A stretch of DNA of 64,000 nucleotides, taken from the NCBI GenBank assembly GCA_965287045.1, contig OZ336880.1:4960001-5024000 (forward strand), in the 5' to 3' direction. The notes beneath the pieces are model-generated. The model did not search any database. It was not told the DNA's origin and saw only the letters and a program-made list of their open reading frames with translations. This stretch comes from Carcharhinus amblyrhynchos (taxonomy: Eukaryota). Of the stretch, positions 25,141 to 36,504 are shown piece after piece; position 1 is the first letter of the stretch, and each line of letters starts with the position of its first letter. The position numbers were made by a program, and so were the translations under genes.

Positions 25141-27934
25141 TGGAGCATCCAAAAGCAGAATCAATAGCAAGATAAATACTTAAGGTGAGAACACTTGTAG
25201 GGCCATGGGGAAAGAATTTGGGAATGGGATTAATTTTTCAATAAACTGAGTGGACTGAATAGCCTTCCGCTATGTTGTAAGATTCAATAATTATTTGTTG
25301 TATTTTGGATGAGCTACTAAAGGCCCAAATGAATTATAGTCCAGAATGGGTTAAAGTTTTCAGAAAGAAAACACAGGCTGGGGAGGACAGATTTGGAGGG
25401 ATATAAAAATGGAAAGAATGAGTGGCAAGTAATAAGGATAGATAGCTGGAAAGATGACTAAAAACAGGAGTCTTCACAAATCCATTTACTGACCTATTAT
25501 ACACGGTTTCAATTGATAATACAACAGCTGCAAAAGAAACAAAGGGCTTTCCACTGCCATTAGCAATCTCTTAATATTCTCTTATTAGTCAATCATACTG
25601 GTCTAAAGCTGGCTAAAAATACCACCAGGACTGTTTTCTGAAGAAAATCTATCGTCTCGATAATTTGCATAATGAAATGAATATGACAGCATGAAGTATG
25701 TAATTATATTTCTGTAAGTTTCAATTCCTATAATGCATGAAAATGTGAACTTTGTTGAAAGAGAGCCTTCCCTTCTCTTGACAGAGAGAAGGATGTGTTT
25801 GATTTTGGAATCACTGAAACCACGTAAATGTTTATTTGAGGAACTCCAATGAAAAGGTGAAGTCTCCTCAGTTTTACTGCTGGACTGGTTCTCAGTATGC
25901 AAATAGTCCTACATAAAAGTACCAATAATGCATAAGTCGCAATAGCCTAGAATACATAATGTAGCTGCTTCTTCTCAAAATGAACTAGAGTAACAGAAGT
26001 CATATATTCTGGTATCATGAACAGCTGAACCTTGGAGAGAGTAATTCAATCATTAGAAACCAAAAACATTTAGAAAAATAAGAAGATCTTTGAAATAGCC
26101 AGCTGGGCACAAGTGCTCTGCAGATGTTCAAATGGGAGTTGGAAAAGTTTTAGGATGAGCGTGATACTGCTGTATACAAAGGATAGTTGGATTGTTGAAT
26201 CATAAATTATACGCCACAGGAGGAGACCAGCATGATGAAGAGAGGAGACCCTCAGGCACGGGGAAGGTATTACCATGAATTGCTTATATGGTTTAATTGA
26301 ATTTAAATGAAACATACATGGTATTTAGCACAATCCTGAAAAGAACTTTGTAAGGGAAACAAAATTGAAGCATATCCACTGCGCCTTACCTCTACTTTCA
26401 GAGACATTTAAATGGCCATGTTGTTCCAGTGCAACTTGCTGTGAAGATTGATTAAGACTATTTTATTAGGTTAGACAATTTGTATTAGACATTTATACTG
26501 CAGATGATAGTCTATTTTCCTGGCAGCTCTCAGATCCAATGGTTCAGGGACCAAGGCACAGTCAAGATTTTTTTCACAATTTGTGACTGCATTTTCAGAA
26601 TGATTTGTAGAAAGATTAATGTTGCCACATCATAGTATTTCAGTGTAATCCTCTCCATATGCAAAACATGTCAATTAATGCATTGTAGAAGGTAATCAAA
26701 AGAGAGTTCCGTAGTACCTCTGTATAATATCATAAATCAAACAGTTACCATTTTGCAATATGAATCATTGAACAGCAGTCATTCCCAAGGGTGCAAACAT
26801 CAACAGCTATTTTGGTCCCCTTTGAATGCAGTTTTCATTGCATCTTTCTCATTTGCTTTAAAGGTATCTCAAATGTATCATGGATAAATAATTTGGTATT
26901 AGATTAAATTTGGTATTGTGCGCAGAAATCAAGTTTAGATTTGGATGCATTTATCGATAAAGGCTGAAGAACTATAAGTTTGTTTCAAATCTCATAAAAG
27001 CCACCAAAATCCCCAGAAACTTAAATAGTTTTCAACTGTCCCAATTTTTTTTTATCTGTATCAGTAGAAGGGAAAATAGGTAGAATTGTAGAAATGATAG
27101 CTGATTTCATCTGTCTCCTCTTTCACTCTGTTGTCCAAAATCAAAATGCTCCCAGTGTCGAGTTTTCCCCAGGATTGGTAATGATGCTATGCTGGTTGTC
27201 ATTTAGTTAAAAGACATGACCACAAAGAAATTTTGATTATACTCTGGTCTGGAGACAAAAGTTGATGGTAGATGAAGGACCGGGTATTTGTCACACAGGA
27301 AAAACTCTGCAATGTCCATCAGTAGAGCTACATTTTCCAGGACAGTATTCCTACTGTACATTTTACATGAAGAGCCGTAAAGATTATTCATATATTAACC
27401 ATATGTTTATTGTTTTAATGGGAACCCTTGCTTTTGGCTGATAATTGAATACAACACTGTTATGATACAGCACAACAATGGAACAGCAATTAAACTAAGC
27501 TTAAATGGATACTTATGTAGAATTTCACTTTTCAGTGAGATCAGGAATTAGGTGTGCTGTTTACAGCTGTCTATAAGAATTTGTGTGCTTGAGGAACCTC
27601 CCCTGAAAAGCACTGCTCCCTGGCCATTTTGTAAATAACAATTTTAATTACATAACTGGAAAAAAAAGAGAAGAGATTCTCCAGGCCACAGTATGTTATA
27701 TAACTATTTTATAGAATAGCCTTTACTGATATATAGGCATATAATGTGACAGTGTTGTGAATGTGGAACTTTACAAGATGGCTATGTTTTAAAATATCTC
27801 CTTTAACTTAAAGTGAAATAAATTGTTCTGGATGAGGGTGGGGGTGGGCAGCAGAGGTGGTCTTGCTAAACCTCTGCCTGCAAATGGGCTTACATGCTCT
27901 GTAAGACAACAATTTGGCCCCACTCCTGCTCTTC

Positions 27935-28300
27935 ATGAGATAATGATGTGGCCTCTCCCCTCCCGCCCCTATAAACCAGACGATGATCCCCCCCCCCCCC
28001 TTGAGAATCTGGCCTCATTCCCCCCCACTTCACCAGACAATGATTTGGCCTCCCTCCACCAACCAGGCAATGATCTCACCTCCTTCCTGACCCCTGCCCC
28101 GTCCACCAGACAATGAATCTGCCCCCTCCCCCCCACCGCCACCAGACAACAATCTGGTCTCCCTCCCACTCCCCTCACCAGACAACTATCTGGCCTCCCT
28201 CCCTCCCCCCTCCCATCAGACAACAATCCGGCCTCCTTCCCCCCTCTCCCACCAGACAACGGTCAGGCCTCCCTCCTCCCTCCCACCAGCGATCTGAGTC
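27935..28300 (+). repeat. Degenerate minisatellite, ~10-11 units of ~30-38 nt (core CCACCAGACAAYRATCTGGCCTCCC plus C-rich linker)
   Basis: Units read directly at about 28031, 28062, 28103, 28139, 28177, 28213, 28248 and 28282. Confidence 0.85.
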
Positions 28301-28652
28301 AGAGAGCAGTTGAAAGCTCTGAACTCATCCCTTCAGAAGCTGGAGCGCCTGAAACAGACCTTTGCCGAGCACATCAGTTTCGCACTGAATCTGGACATGC
28401 GAATACAAAAGTAAAGGGGGAAATGCTGGTAAAGTTGGGCGGGTGCCATTAATTCAATTTAAATCCATGCAAATGCATTTAAATTGCCATTGCACCCATT
28501 TCGGGCGTGATTCGGATCGTGGCCATTTTCGGGCTTTGGTAAAGCGGGCATCTGCGTGAATACAGGCATGGATCGTGTTAATGGCCTCACACCCGACTTT
28601 ACCAAATTTTCACATCCGAAAAAGGGCGCGACATAATGGAAAAATCGGGCCC
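27935..28652. mobile_element. Non-autonomous TIR element fragment carrying the minisatellite
   Basis: CpG-rich right part ends GGAAAAATCGGGCCC followed by TTA; same TIR type as the other MITEs. Left TIR not found. Confidence 0.55.
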
Positions 28653-28881
28653 TTAGAATAATTCTCATAAAATTCCACCCCGGAACTCACTCCTGTAATG
28701 TTATTTGCCAGACACGTGATGCACAGCCAAAGGAGTTCTAATCTTACCTTGATTGTATTAATTAGTAAATACAAAACTACCTTTTCTTTAGATTAAGTGT
28801 TAGTTGCCAGTTAAGTAACATTTGATTTACGTTGATTTTGTTTTGTTTTGTTATTGCAAATGTCCTAAAACATGAAATATC

Positions 28882-29090
28882 GGTCAGGATTTTCCAGCCA
28901 TTTACACTGCAGGATCTTCCAGCCCTGCTGAAAGCAGCCCCCCACTCTAAATTCCTTGGAGGAACAGCCAGCAAGCAACACAAATGATCACTGACTCTGG
29001 CAGGACTGGAAGATTCTGCTAATGGCCAATAATGATCTGCCTCTACCCACACCCTCCACCAGAAAACCTGAGAACTGGAACATCCCAGCC
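28882..29090. mobile_element. MITE (~200 bp family)
   Basis: GGTCAGGATTTTCC ... GGAACATCCCAGCC; flanks atc/att; related in inverse orientation to 45080-45248. Confidence 0.6.
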
Positions 29091-29324
29091 ATTGTTTTCT
29101 GGTTTATTTCTGTTGTTTACTGGGAAATACATCATTTTTACCAAACGTTATCAGTCTTCATAGTGATTGTAACAATTAACATATGCTTCTGTCATGAAAA
29201 AGCATACACAGATGCTGACAAGTGAGAGGGAATTCCACGTAACAATACCCTTACTGGGGTACAGGGCTTGCAGAAAGCAAATTGTGGGAAATCACTGGCA
29301 TGCTCTACTGCTTTTTTTGTCCAT

Positions 29325-31345
29325 TAAGAACATAACATAAGAACATAAGAAATAGGAGCAGGAGTAGGCCATCTAGCCCTTCGAGCCTGCCCCGCCATTC
29401 AATAAGATCATGGCTGATCTGTCGCGGCTCAGTTCCACCTTCCCGCCCTCTCCCCATAACCCTTAATCCCCTCTCTTATCAAAAACCCATCAACCCGCGT
29501 CTTAAAAATATTTAGCGAGGCAGCCTCCACCACTTCAACGGGCAGAGAATTCCAGAGATTCACCACCCTTTGAGTGAAGAAGTTCCTCCTCAACTCCGTT
29601 CTAAACCGCCTCCCCTTTATCTTGAGGCTGTGCCCCCTAGTCCTACTGTCTTTTTTGAGCGGGAAGAGTCTCTCCACCTCTATCCTATCCATCCCATTCA
29701 TCATCTTATACGTCTCAATGAGATCTGCCCTCATTCTTCTAAACTCTAACGAGTACAAGCCTAGTTTATTCAGCCTCTCCTCATAGCTCAACCCCCTCAA
29801 CTCCGGTATCAGCCTAGTAAACCTCCTCTGCGCTCCCTCCAAGGCCAAAATATCTTTGCGCAGGTGCGGCGCCCAAAACTGCACACAGTACTCCAGCTGC
29901 GGCCTCACCAATGCCCTATACAGCTGCAGCAAGACCTCCCTACTTTTATATTCAATCCCCCTCGCTATGAAGGCCAGCATCCCATTCGCCTTCCTGACCA
30001 CCTGCTGCACCTGCAAGCTGGGTTTTTGCGACTCATGCACAAGGACCCCGAGGTCCCTCTGCACCGCCGCCTGCTGCAGTTTTTCGCCCCGTAAGTAATA
30101 GTCCTTCCTACCATTCTTCCTACCAAAGTGGACCACCTCACACTTGCCAACATTAAATTCCATTTGCCATTTCCTGGCCCATTCGCCCAGCCTATCTAGA
30201 TCCTTCTGCAGACTCTCCACACCCTCCGCACAATTTGCCTTTCCCCCTATCTTGGTGTCATCAGCAAATTTCGACACCCTACACTCGGTTCCCTCCTCCA
30301 GATCATCTATATAAATGGTAAAAAGCTGAGGCCCCAGCACCGACCCCTGGGGCACTCCACTAGTCACCAACCGCCAATCCGAATAGCACCTGTTGACCCC
30401 CACTCTCTGCCTCCTATTTGACAACCAATCCTCTATCCACGCTAACACCCTATCCCCAACTCCATGTCCCTCGACCTTCTGCAATAACCTCTTGTGAGGT
30501 ACTTTGTCAAACGCCTTCTGAAAATCTAGAAAGACCACATCCACCGGCTCTCCTCTATCCACCGCCCTAGACACATCCTCATAGAACTCCAGTAAATTTG
30601 TCAGACACGACTTCCCTTTAATGAAACCGTGCTGCGTCTGCTCTATCAAGCAATTCCCTTCAAGATGCCTTGCAATTTCCTCCTTAATGACAGATTCTAA
30701 CATTTTACCTACCACAGACGTTAAACTAAACAGCCTATAATTCCCCGCCTTTTGCCTGGCACCCTTCTTAAACAACGGCGTAACATTAGCCGTTTTCCAA
30801 TCATCCGGCACTTCCCCGGAATCCAGCGACGTCTGGAAAATAACCACCAAGGCATCCACTATCACCTCCGCCATTTCTTTCAGAACCCTCGGATGCATTC
30901 CATCCGGTCCTGGGGACTTGTCCACAATCAGTCCCTCCAGTCTGTCGAGCACCGCCTCTCTAGTAACAGTAATGTCATTAAGACCCTCCAGTCCTACCAC
31001 CTTTCCATCGCTAACACCCGGCAAATTATTCACGTCCTCCTCCGTGAAGACAGAAACAAACAAGTTATTCAATACCTTAGCCATATCCCCATCCCCGACC
31101 ACTAGGTCCCCTTTCTCATCCTCTAAAGGACCAACATTCACCCTAGCCAGCCTCTTCCTTTTTATATATTTATAAAAACTCTTGCTATCCTTTTTTATAT
31201 TAAGCGCTAGCCCAGCTTCATAGTTTCTCTTACCCTTCTTTATCAACTTCTTTGTCAATCTTTGTTGACATTTAAACCTCTCCCAATCCTCTTCTCGCCC
31301 ACTACTCTTAGCTACTCTAAATTCCTCCGCTTTACTTTTAATAGT
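29325..31345 (-). mobile_element. Young 5'-truncated CR1 LINE (copy 2) with a complete uninterrupted RT domain
   Basis: About 640 aa of open frame (KSPGPDG, QHGF, LDFQKAFDKV, GVPQGSVLGP, KFADDTK) through to the stop, 3' UTR and tail. APE endonuclease and ORF1 absent. Confidence 0.97.
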
Positions 31346-32172
31346 TACAAAATTATAAGGAATATGACCATGATTTCCCGCGAAAAGCTTTCCAAGAGCA
31401 ATACTCCCTAATGGAAGTGCTGGATTGTGAAATTGCACCTTTTGAAATACTGTTGAATTATCTAATTTGAACAATGGTCTGAGTCCAAAGCAGGGATTAG
31501 CTTAATACGGGCTTTGCACATCTCTGCCAAAGACAGTACAAAAGAATCTGATCCACATATCAAAGTAACATGATTTGAAACTGAAGTCTTAACATTCTCC
31601 AAAATGATCTAGAGAGCAAATCTACTTTTGGCACTGTTACAGGAGTGCAGAAGTCTTGTTTTGAAGAAATCGATCTGACTGTAACAAGCCTTTGATACTG
31701 TGCCAGATGACAACCAAACTTATGGTATTGTCAGTCCTGAATTCCATTAGTTGATGTCTTCTTTTGTAACTAGAAGTCAGATAACTATGCTGATTGTTTT
31801 CTTTGTAGCCGGATCAAATCTATTTGCTGAAACACAATGTTCTGTGCAGAAATAGTCTAAGATTTTTATGTAACATTGGGTCAGCTTTTCAGAGTATTTC
31901 AATAAGTTTACAGAGAAGTTCAGATGCAGTCAGATGATTTTGAGTAATGATTTTAAAGAATGGTTTGTTTCCTGGTATTGTGAAGCAGAGAAGGGAATAT
32001 TTTGTTCATCACGCTTGTACCGAATCTCTGAAAATGCTATCCAATTTCCCCACAACTATGCATCTTTTTACTTTTTTTCAAATATTTATCTAATTCCCTT
32101 TTGAAAGTTAATACTGAATTTATTTTGAACAATCTTTCAAGGAGCACATTTCAGATCATGGAAAAAGATCTA

Positions 32173-32301
32173 GGGCGAGATTCTCCGGCCACGCTTTCCT
32201 CAAAACTGAAAAATTCTACCTGACATCAATGGACCCTTGCATGATCCATCCTCCCCACCTGCTATAAGTCCCGTGGTGGGCCCAACGGGAGAATTCCGGC
32301 C
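32173..32301. mobile_element. MITE with 14-bp TIRs and CTA target-site duplication
   Basis: cta|GGGCGAGATTCTCC...GGAGAATTCCGGCC|cta. Confidence 0.8.
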
Positions 32302-32329
32302 CTAATCTTTTCCCACTCCATGATTCTTC

Positions 32330-33584
32330 GTTCTATGAGGATGTGTCTAGGGCGGTGGATAGAGGAGAGCCGGTGGATGTGGTCTTTCTAGATTTTCAGA
32401 AGGCGTTTGACAAAGTACCTCACAAGAGGTTATTGCAGAAGGTCGAGGGACATGGAGTTGGGGGTAGGGTGTTAGCGTGGATAGAGGATTGGTTGTCAAA
32501 TAGGAGGCAGAGAGTGGGGGTCAACGGGTGCTATTCGGATTGGCGGATGGTGACTAGTGGAGTGCCCCAGGGGTCGGTGCTGGGGCCTCAGCTTTTTACC
32601 ATTTATATAGATGATCTGGAGGAGGGAACCGAGTGTAGGGTGTTGAAATTTGCTGATGACACCAAGATAGGGGGAACGGCAAATTGTGCGGAGGGTGTGG
32701 AGAGTCTGCAGAAGGATCTAGATAGGCTGGGCGAATGGGCCAGGAAATGGCAAATGGAATTTAATGTTGGCAAGTGTGAGGTGGTCCACTTTGGTAGGAA
32801 GAATGGTAGGAAGGACTATTACTTACGGGGCGAAAAACTGCAGCAGGCGACGGTGCAGAGGGACCTCGGGGTCCTTGTGCATGAGTCGCAAAAACCCAGC
32901 TTGCAGGTGCAGCAGGTGGTCAGGAAGGCGAATGGGATGCTGGCCTTCATAGCGAGGGGGATTGAATATAAAAGTGGGGAGGTCTTGCTGCAGCTGTATA
33001 GGGCATTGGTGAGGCCGCAGCTGGAGTACTGTGTGCAGTTTTGGGTGCTGCACCTGCGCAAAGATATTTTGGCCTTGGAGGGAGTGCAGAGGAGGTTTAC
33101 TAGGCTGATACCGGAGTTGAGGGGGTTGAACTATGAGGAGAGGCTGAATAAACTGGGCTTGTACTCGTTAGAGTTTAGAAGAATGAGGGGAGATCTCATT
33201 GAGACTTATAAGATGATGAATGGAATGGATAGGATAGAGGTGGAGAGACTCTTCCCGCTCAAAAAAGACAGTAGGACTAGGGGGCACAGCCTCAAGATAA
33301 AAGGGGGGCTGTTTAGAACGGAGTTGAGGAGGAACTTCTTCACTCAAAGGGTGGTGAATCTCTGGAATTCTCTGCCCGTTGAAGTGGTGGAGGCTGCCTC
33401 GCTAAATATTTTTAAGACGCGGGTTGATGGGTTTTTGATAAGAGAGGGGATTAAGGGTTGTGGGGAGAAAGCGGGAAAGTGGAACTGAGCAGCGACAGAT
33501 CAGCCATGATCTTATTGAATGGCGGGGCAGGCTCGAAGGGCTGGATGGCCTACTCCTGCTCCTATTTCTTATGTTCTTATGTTC
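32330..33584 (+). mobile_element. Young 5'-truncated CR1 LINE (copy 3)
   Basis: 381-aa open frame nearly identical to copy 2, with the same 3' UTR and TTCTTATG tail; opposite orientation. Confidence 0.97.
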
Positions 33585-33589
33585 AATTA

Positions 33590-33915
33590 TCTTAAATCTG
33601 CATCCTCTGACTACCAGACTCTCTAACAGTAGAAACGCTTCTCCCTATACATAAGTTTCTCTTTATGTAGAACATTTTACAATTATTGAACTCCTCTGTT
33701 AAATTTTCCCTATATATTTTCTGCTCCAAGGTGAACAATCCTACCTTTGCCAGTCTCTCCACATAACTGGTCTTATTTGCCACTCCCAGGTGGCAAATTC
33801 TAGAATTTATTTTTGTACCTTTTTGAAGGTCTTGACATACAATTTGAAGTGTGGTGTCCAAAATTGGAAATAGGAATCCAGCTAAGGTCTAGACAGTGAT
33901 TTATAAACATTTTCT
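33590..33915 (-). mobile_element. Old CR1 fragment
   Basis: Minus frame SYVERLAKVGLFTLEQ is CR1 C-terminal-like. Confidence 0.6.
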
Positions 33916-34579
33916 GACCTTTGTCTCAGGAAACATTTTTGTACCTGCAATAAAGACATGGGACTGAAGGAAATGCCTTAAGTTTATATTCGTGTGACCC
34001 AGGAACAGCCAGATGCAGGGATGTTTGTCAAATTCAAGCACAGTTTAATGTGGTCATTGCAGGAGTAGATGGGGGTTAGTGGAAAGAAATAGCAGCTCTA
34101 TGTTATTATCTGCTAGTAAATACTTGTAAATACCCTCTGCATTATGGGTATTTCTACAACACATGAACTGCAGTCGTTCAAAAAGATAGCATCACCACTT
34201 TTTCAAGGGCAGTTACGAACGGTCAACAAATGCTGACTAAGCTAGTGGTGCACATATCCTATGAACAAATTAAAAAAAATGTTCTACCTAATTCCACCTT
34301 CACTGTTCATTGCCTTTTTTCTTCACTGCATAGTTTCTTTAAGATTGTCATGCAGTCATGGAAATGGACATCAGAAAGGGATTTTAGTTTATGTGCGGCC
34401 TGCCTGTTTTTTGAAGGAATAACACTCATGGATAATGGGGAGCCTGCAGATGTATTGTACTTGGATTCCCAGAAAGCATTTGATAAGATGCCACATCAAA
34501 GGTTATTGGAGAATATACATGCTCATGGTGCAGGTTGTAACGTATTAGAATGGATAGAAGATTGGCTGGATGGCAAAAA

Positions 34580-35500
34580 TTTTGATTTGATTTGATTCAT
34601 TATTGTCATATGTATAACATACAATGAAAAGTATTGTTTCTTGCATACTATATAGGCAAAGGAAAGGAGAAAGTGCAGAATGTCTCTGGACTCTGCACTC
34701 TTTCTAGTTTAATAATATCCTTTCTATAATAGGGTGACCAGAACTGTACACTGTATTCCAAGTGTGATCTTACTAACGTCTTGTACAACTTCAAAAGAAC
34801 ATCCCAATTTCTGTTTTCAGTGTTCTGAATGATGAAACCAGGCATGCTGAATAGCCTCTTCACTACCCTGTCCACCTGTGACTCCACTTTCAAGGAGCTA
34901 TGAACCTGTACTTCTAAATCTCTTTGTTCTGTAACTCTTCCCAATGCCTTACCTTTAACTGAGCAAGTTCTGCCCTGGTTCAATCTACCAAAATGCATCA
35001 CTTCACATTTCTCTAAATTAAACTCCATCTAACATGGATCGGCCCACTGGTCCAATTGATCAAGATCCTGCTGCAATCCGAGATAACCTTCGAGAAAGAT
35101 CAACTTAGTGCAAGATAGGTCCATTCAAAAGTCTAATGGCAACAGGGAAGAATCTGTTCTTGAGTCAGTTGGTACATGATCTCAGACTTTTGTACCTTCT
35201 TCCCGAAGGAAGAAGGTGGAAGAAGATATGCCTGGGGTGCTTGGGATCCTTTGTTGAGGCAGCAGGAAGTTTAGACAGAGTCAATGGATGGGAGGCTGGT
35301 TTGCGTGATGGATTAGGCTACATTCATGACCTTTTATAGTTTCTTGTGGTCTTGGGCAGAGCAGGAGCCATACAACCAGAAAGAATAGTTTCTATGGTGT
35401 ATCTGTAAAAGCTGGTTAGAGTTGTAGCTGACATGTCAAATTTCCTTCATCTTCTGAGAAAGTAAAGGCATTGATGGGCTTTCTTAACTATAGTGTCGGC
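34580..35500 (-). mobile_element. Rex1/Babar-type LINE 3' portion (split by a CR1 fragment)
   Basis: (TTTGA)n tail at 34581; 34580-34683 and 35092-35500 match the reverse complement of 22390-22970. Confidence 0.85.
34685..35090 (-). mobile_element. CR1 internal fragment nested in Rex1
   Basis: MEFNLEKCEVMHFGR...LYKTLVRSHLEYSVQFWSPYYRKDIIKLERVQ. Confidence 0.85.
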
Positions 35501-36145
35501 AAATGTGCATAAAAGGGTATTTTTCTGATGTGAATGGAGTCTCACAAGAGTCTGTGCTGGGGCCTCAACATTTTACAATTTACATCAATGACTGAGATGA
35601 GGGGGGCGTTGGCATGGTAGTTAAATTTGCAGATGACACTAAGATAGGTAGGAGAGTACAAGGCATAAGGTAATTGCAAACAGATATAGATAGGCAGTGT
35701 GAATGGGAAAAGATCTGAGAAACAGATGATAATATGGAAAAATGTGAAATTGTTCACTTTGGCAAGAAGAATAAAAAAAAGAGTATTATTTGATTGGAGA
35801 ATGGTTGCAGAATTCCAAGGTGCAAAGGGATTTAGGTGTTCTAGTACACGAGTCATGAAAAATTAGTATGTAAGTACAGCAAGTAATTATGACTATGGAA
35901 CACTATCCTTTATTACAAGAGGAATTGGCCCTTAAAATGAAGGATATTATGCTTCTGTTATACAGGCCATGGTGAAATCATATCTCAAATATTGTGTGTA
36001 GTTTTGGTCTCCTTATTTAAGGAAGGAAGTAAATGCATTGGAGGTGGATCAGAGGAGGTTTACTGGATTGATATCTGGAAAGAGTGGTTGGCTTACGAGG
36101 AAAGGTTGGACAGACTGGACTTGTTTTCATTGGAGTTTACAAGTT

Positions 36146-36504
36146 GGGTGGCACTGTGGCACAGTGATTAGCTCTGCTGCCCTTACAGTGCCAGTGACCC
36201 AGGCTTGATTCCAACCTTGGGTAACTGTCTGTGTGGAGTTTGAACATTCTCCCTGTATCTGTGTGGGTTTCCTTCAGGAGCTCCGGTTTTCTCCTATAGT
36301 CCAAAGATGTGCTGGTTAGGTGGATTGGCCATGCTAAATTGTCCCAGTGTCCCAAGATGTGTAGGTTAGGGAGATTAGTGGGGTAAATGTATAGGGTTAC
36401 AGGTTTAGGGGGAGGGGGAAGCCTGGTTAAGATGCTCTCTCGGAGAGTTGGTACAGGCTCAATGGGCCAGATGGCCTCCTTCTGCACTGTAGGTATTTTA
36501 CGAT
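36146..36504 (+). mobile_element. HE1-type SINE
   Basis: tRNA-like head, core gtgggtttccttcaggagctccggtttt, tail aatgggccagatggcctccttctgcactgtagg. Confidence 0.9.

Noticed and set aside
27935-28300. CRISPR-like array
   Set aside because: Vertebrate DNA, degenerate repeats, low-complexity C-rich linkers rather than unique spacers, and no cas genes.
29429-31474. 681-aa ORF as an intact or domesticated RT gene
   Set aside because: It starts at TTG, the first ~43 aa are flanking DNA, and there is no endonuclease. It is a young truncated CR1 copy that has not yet decayed.
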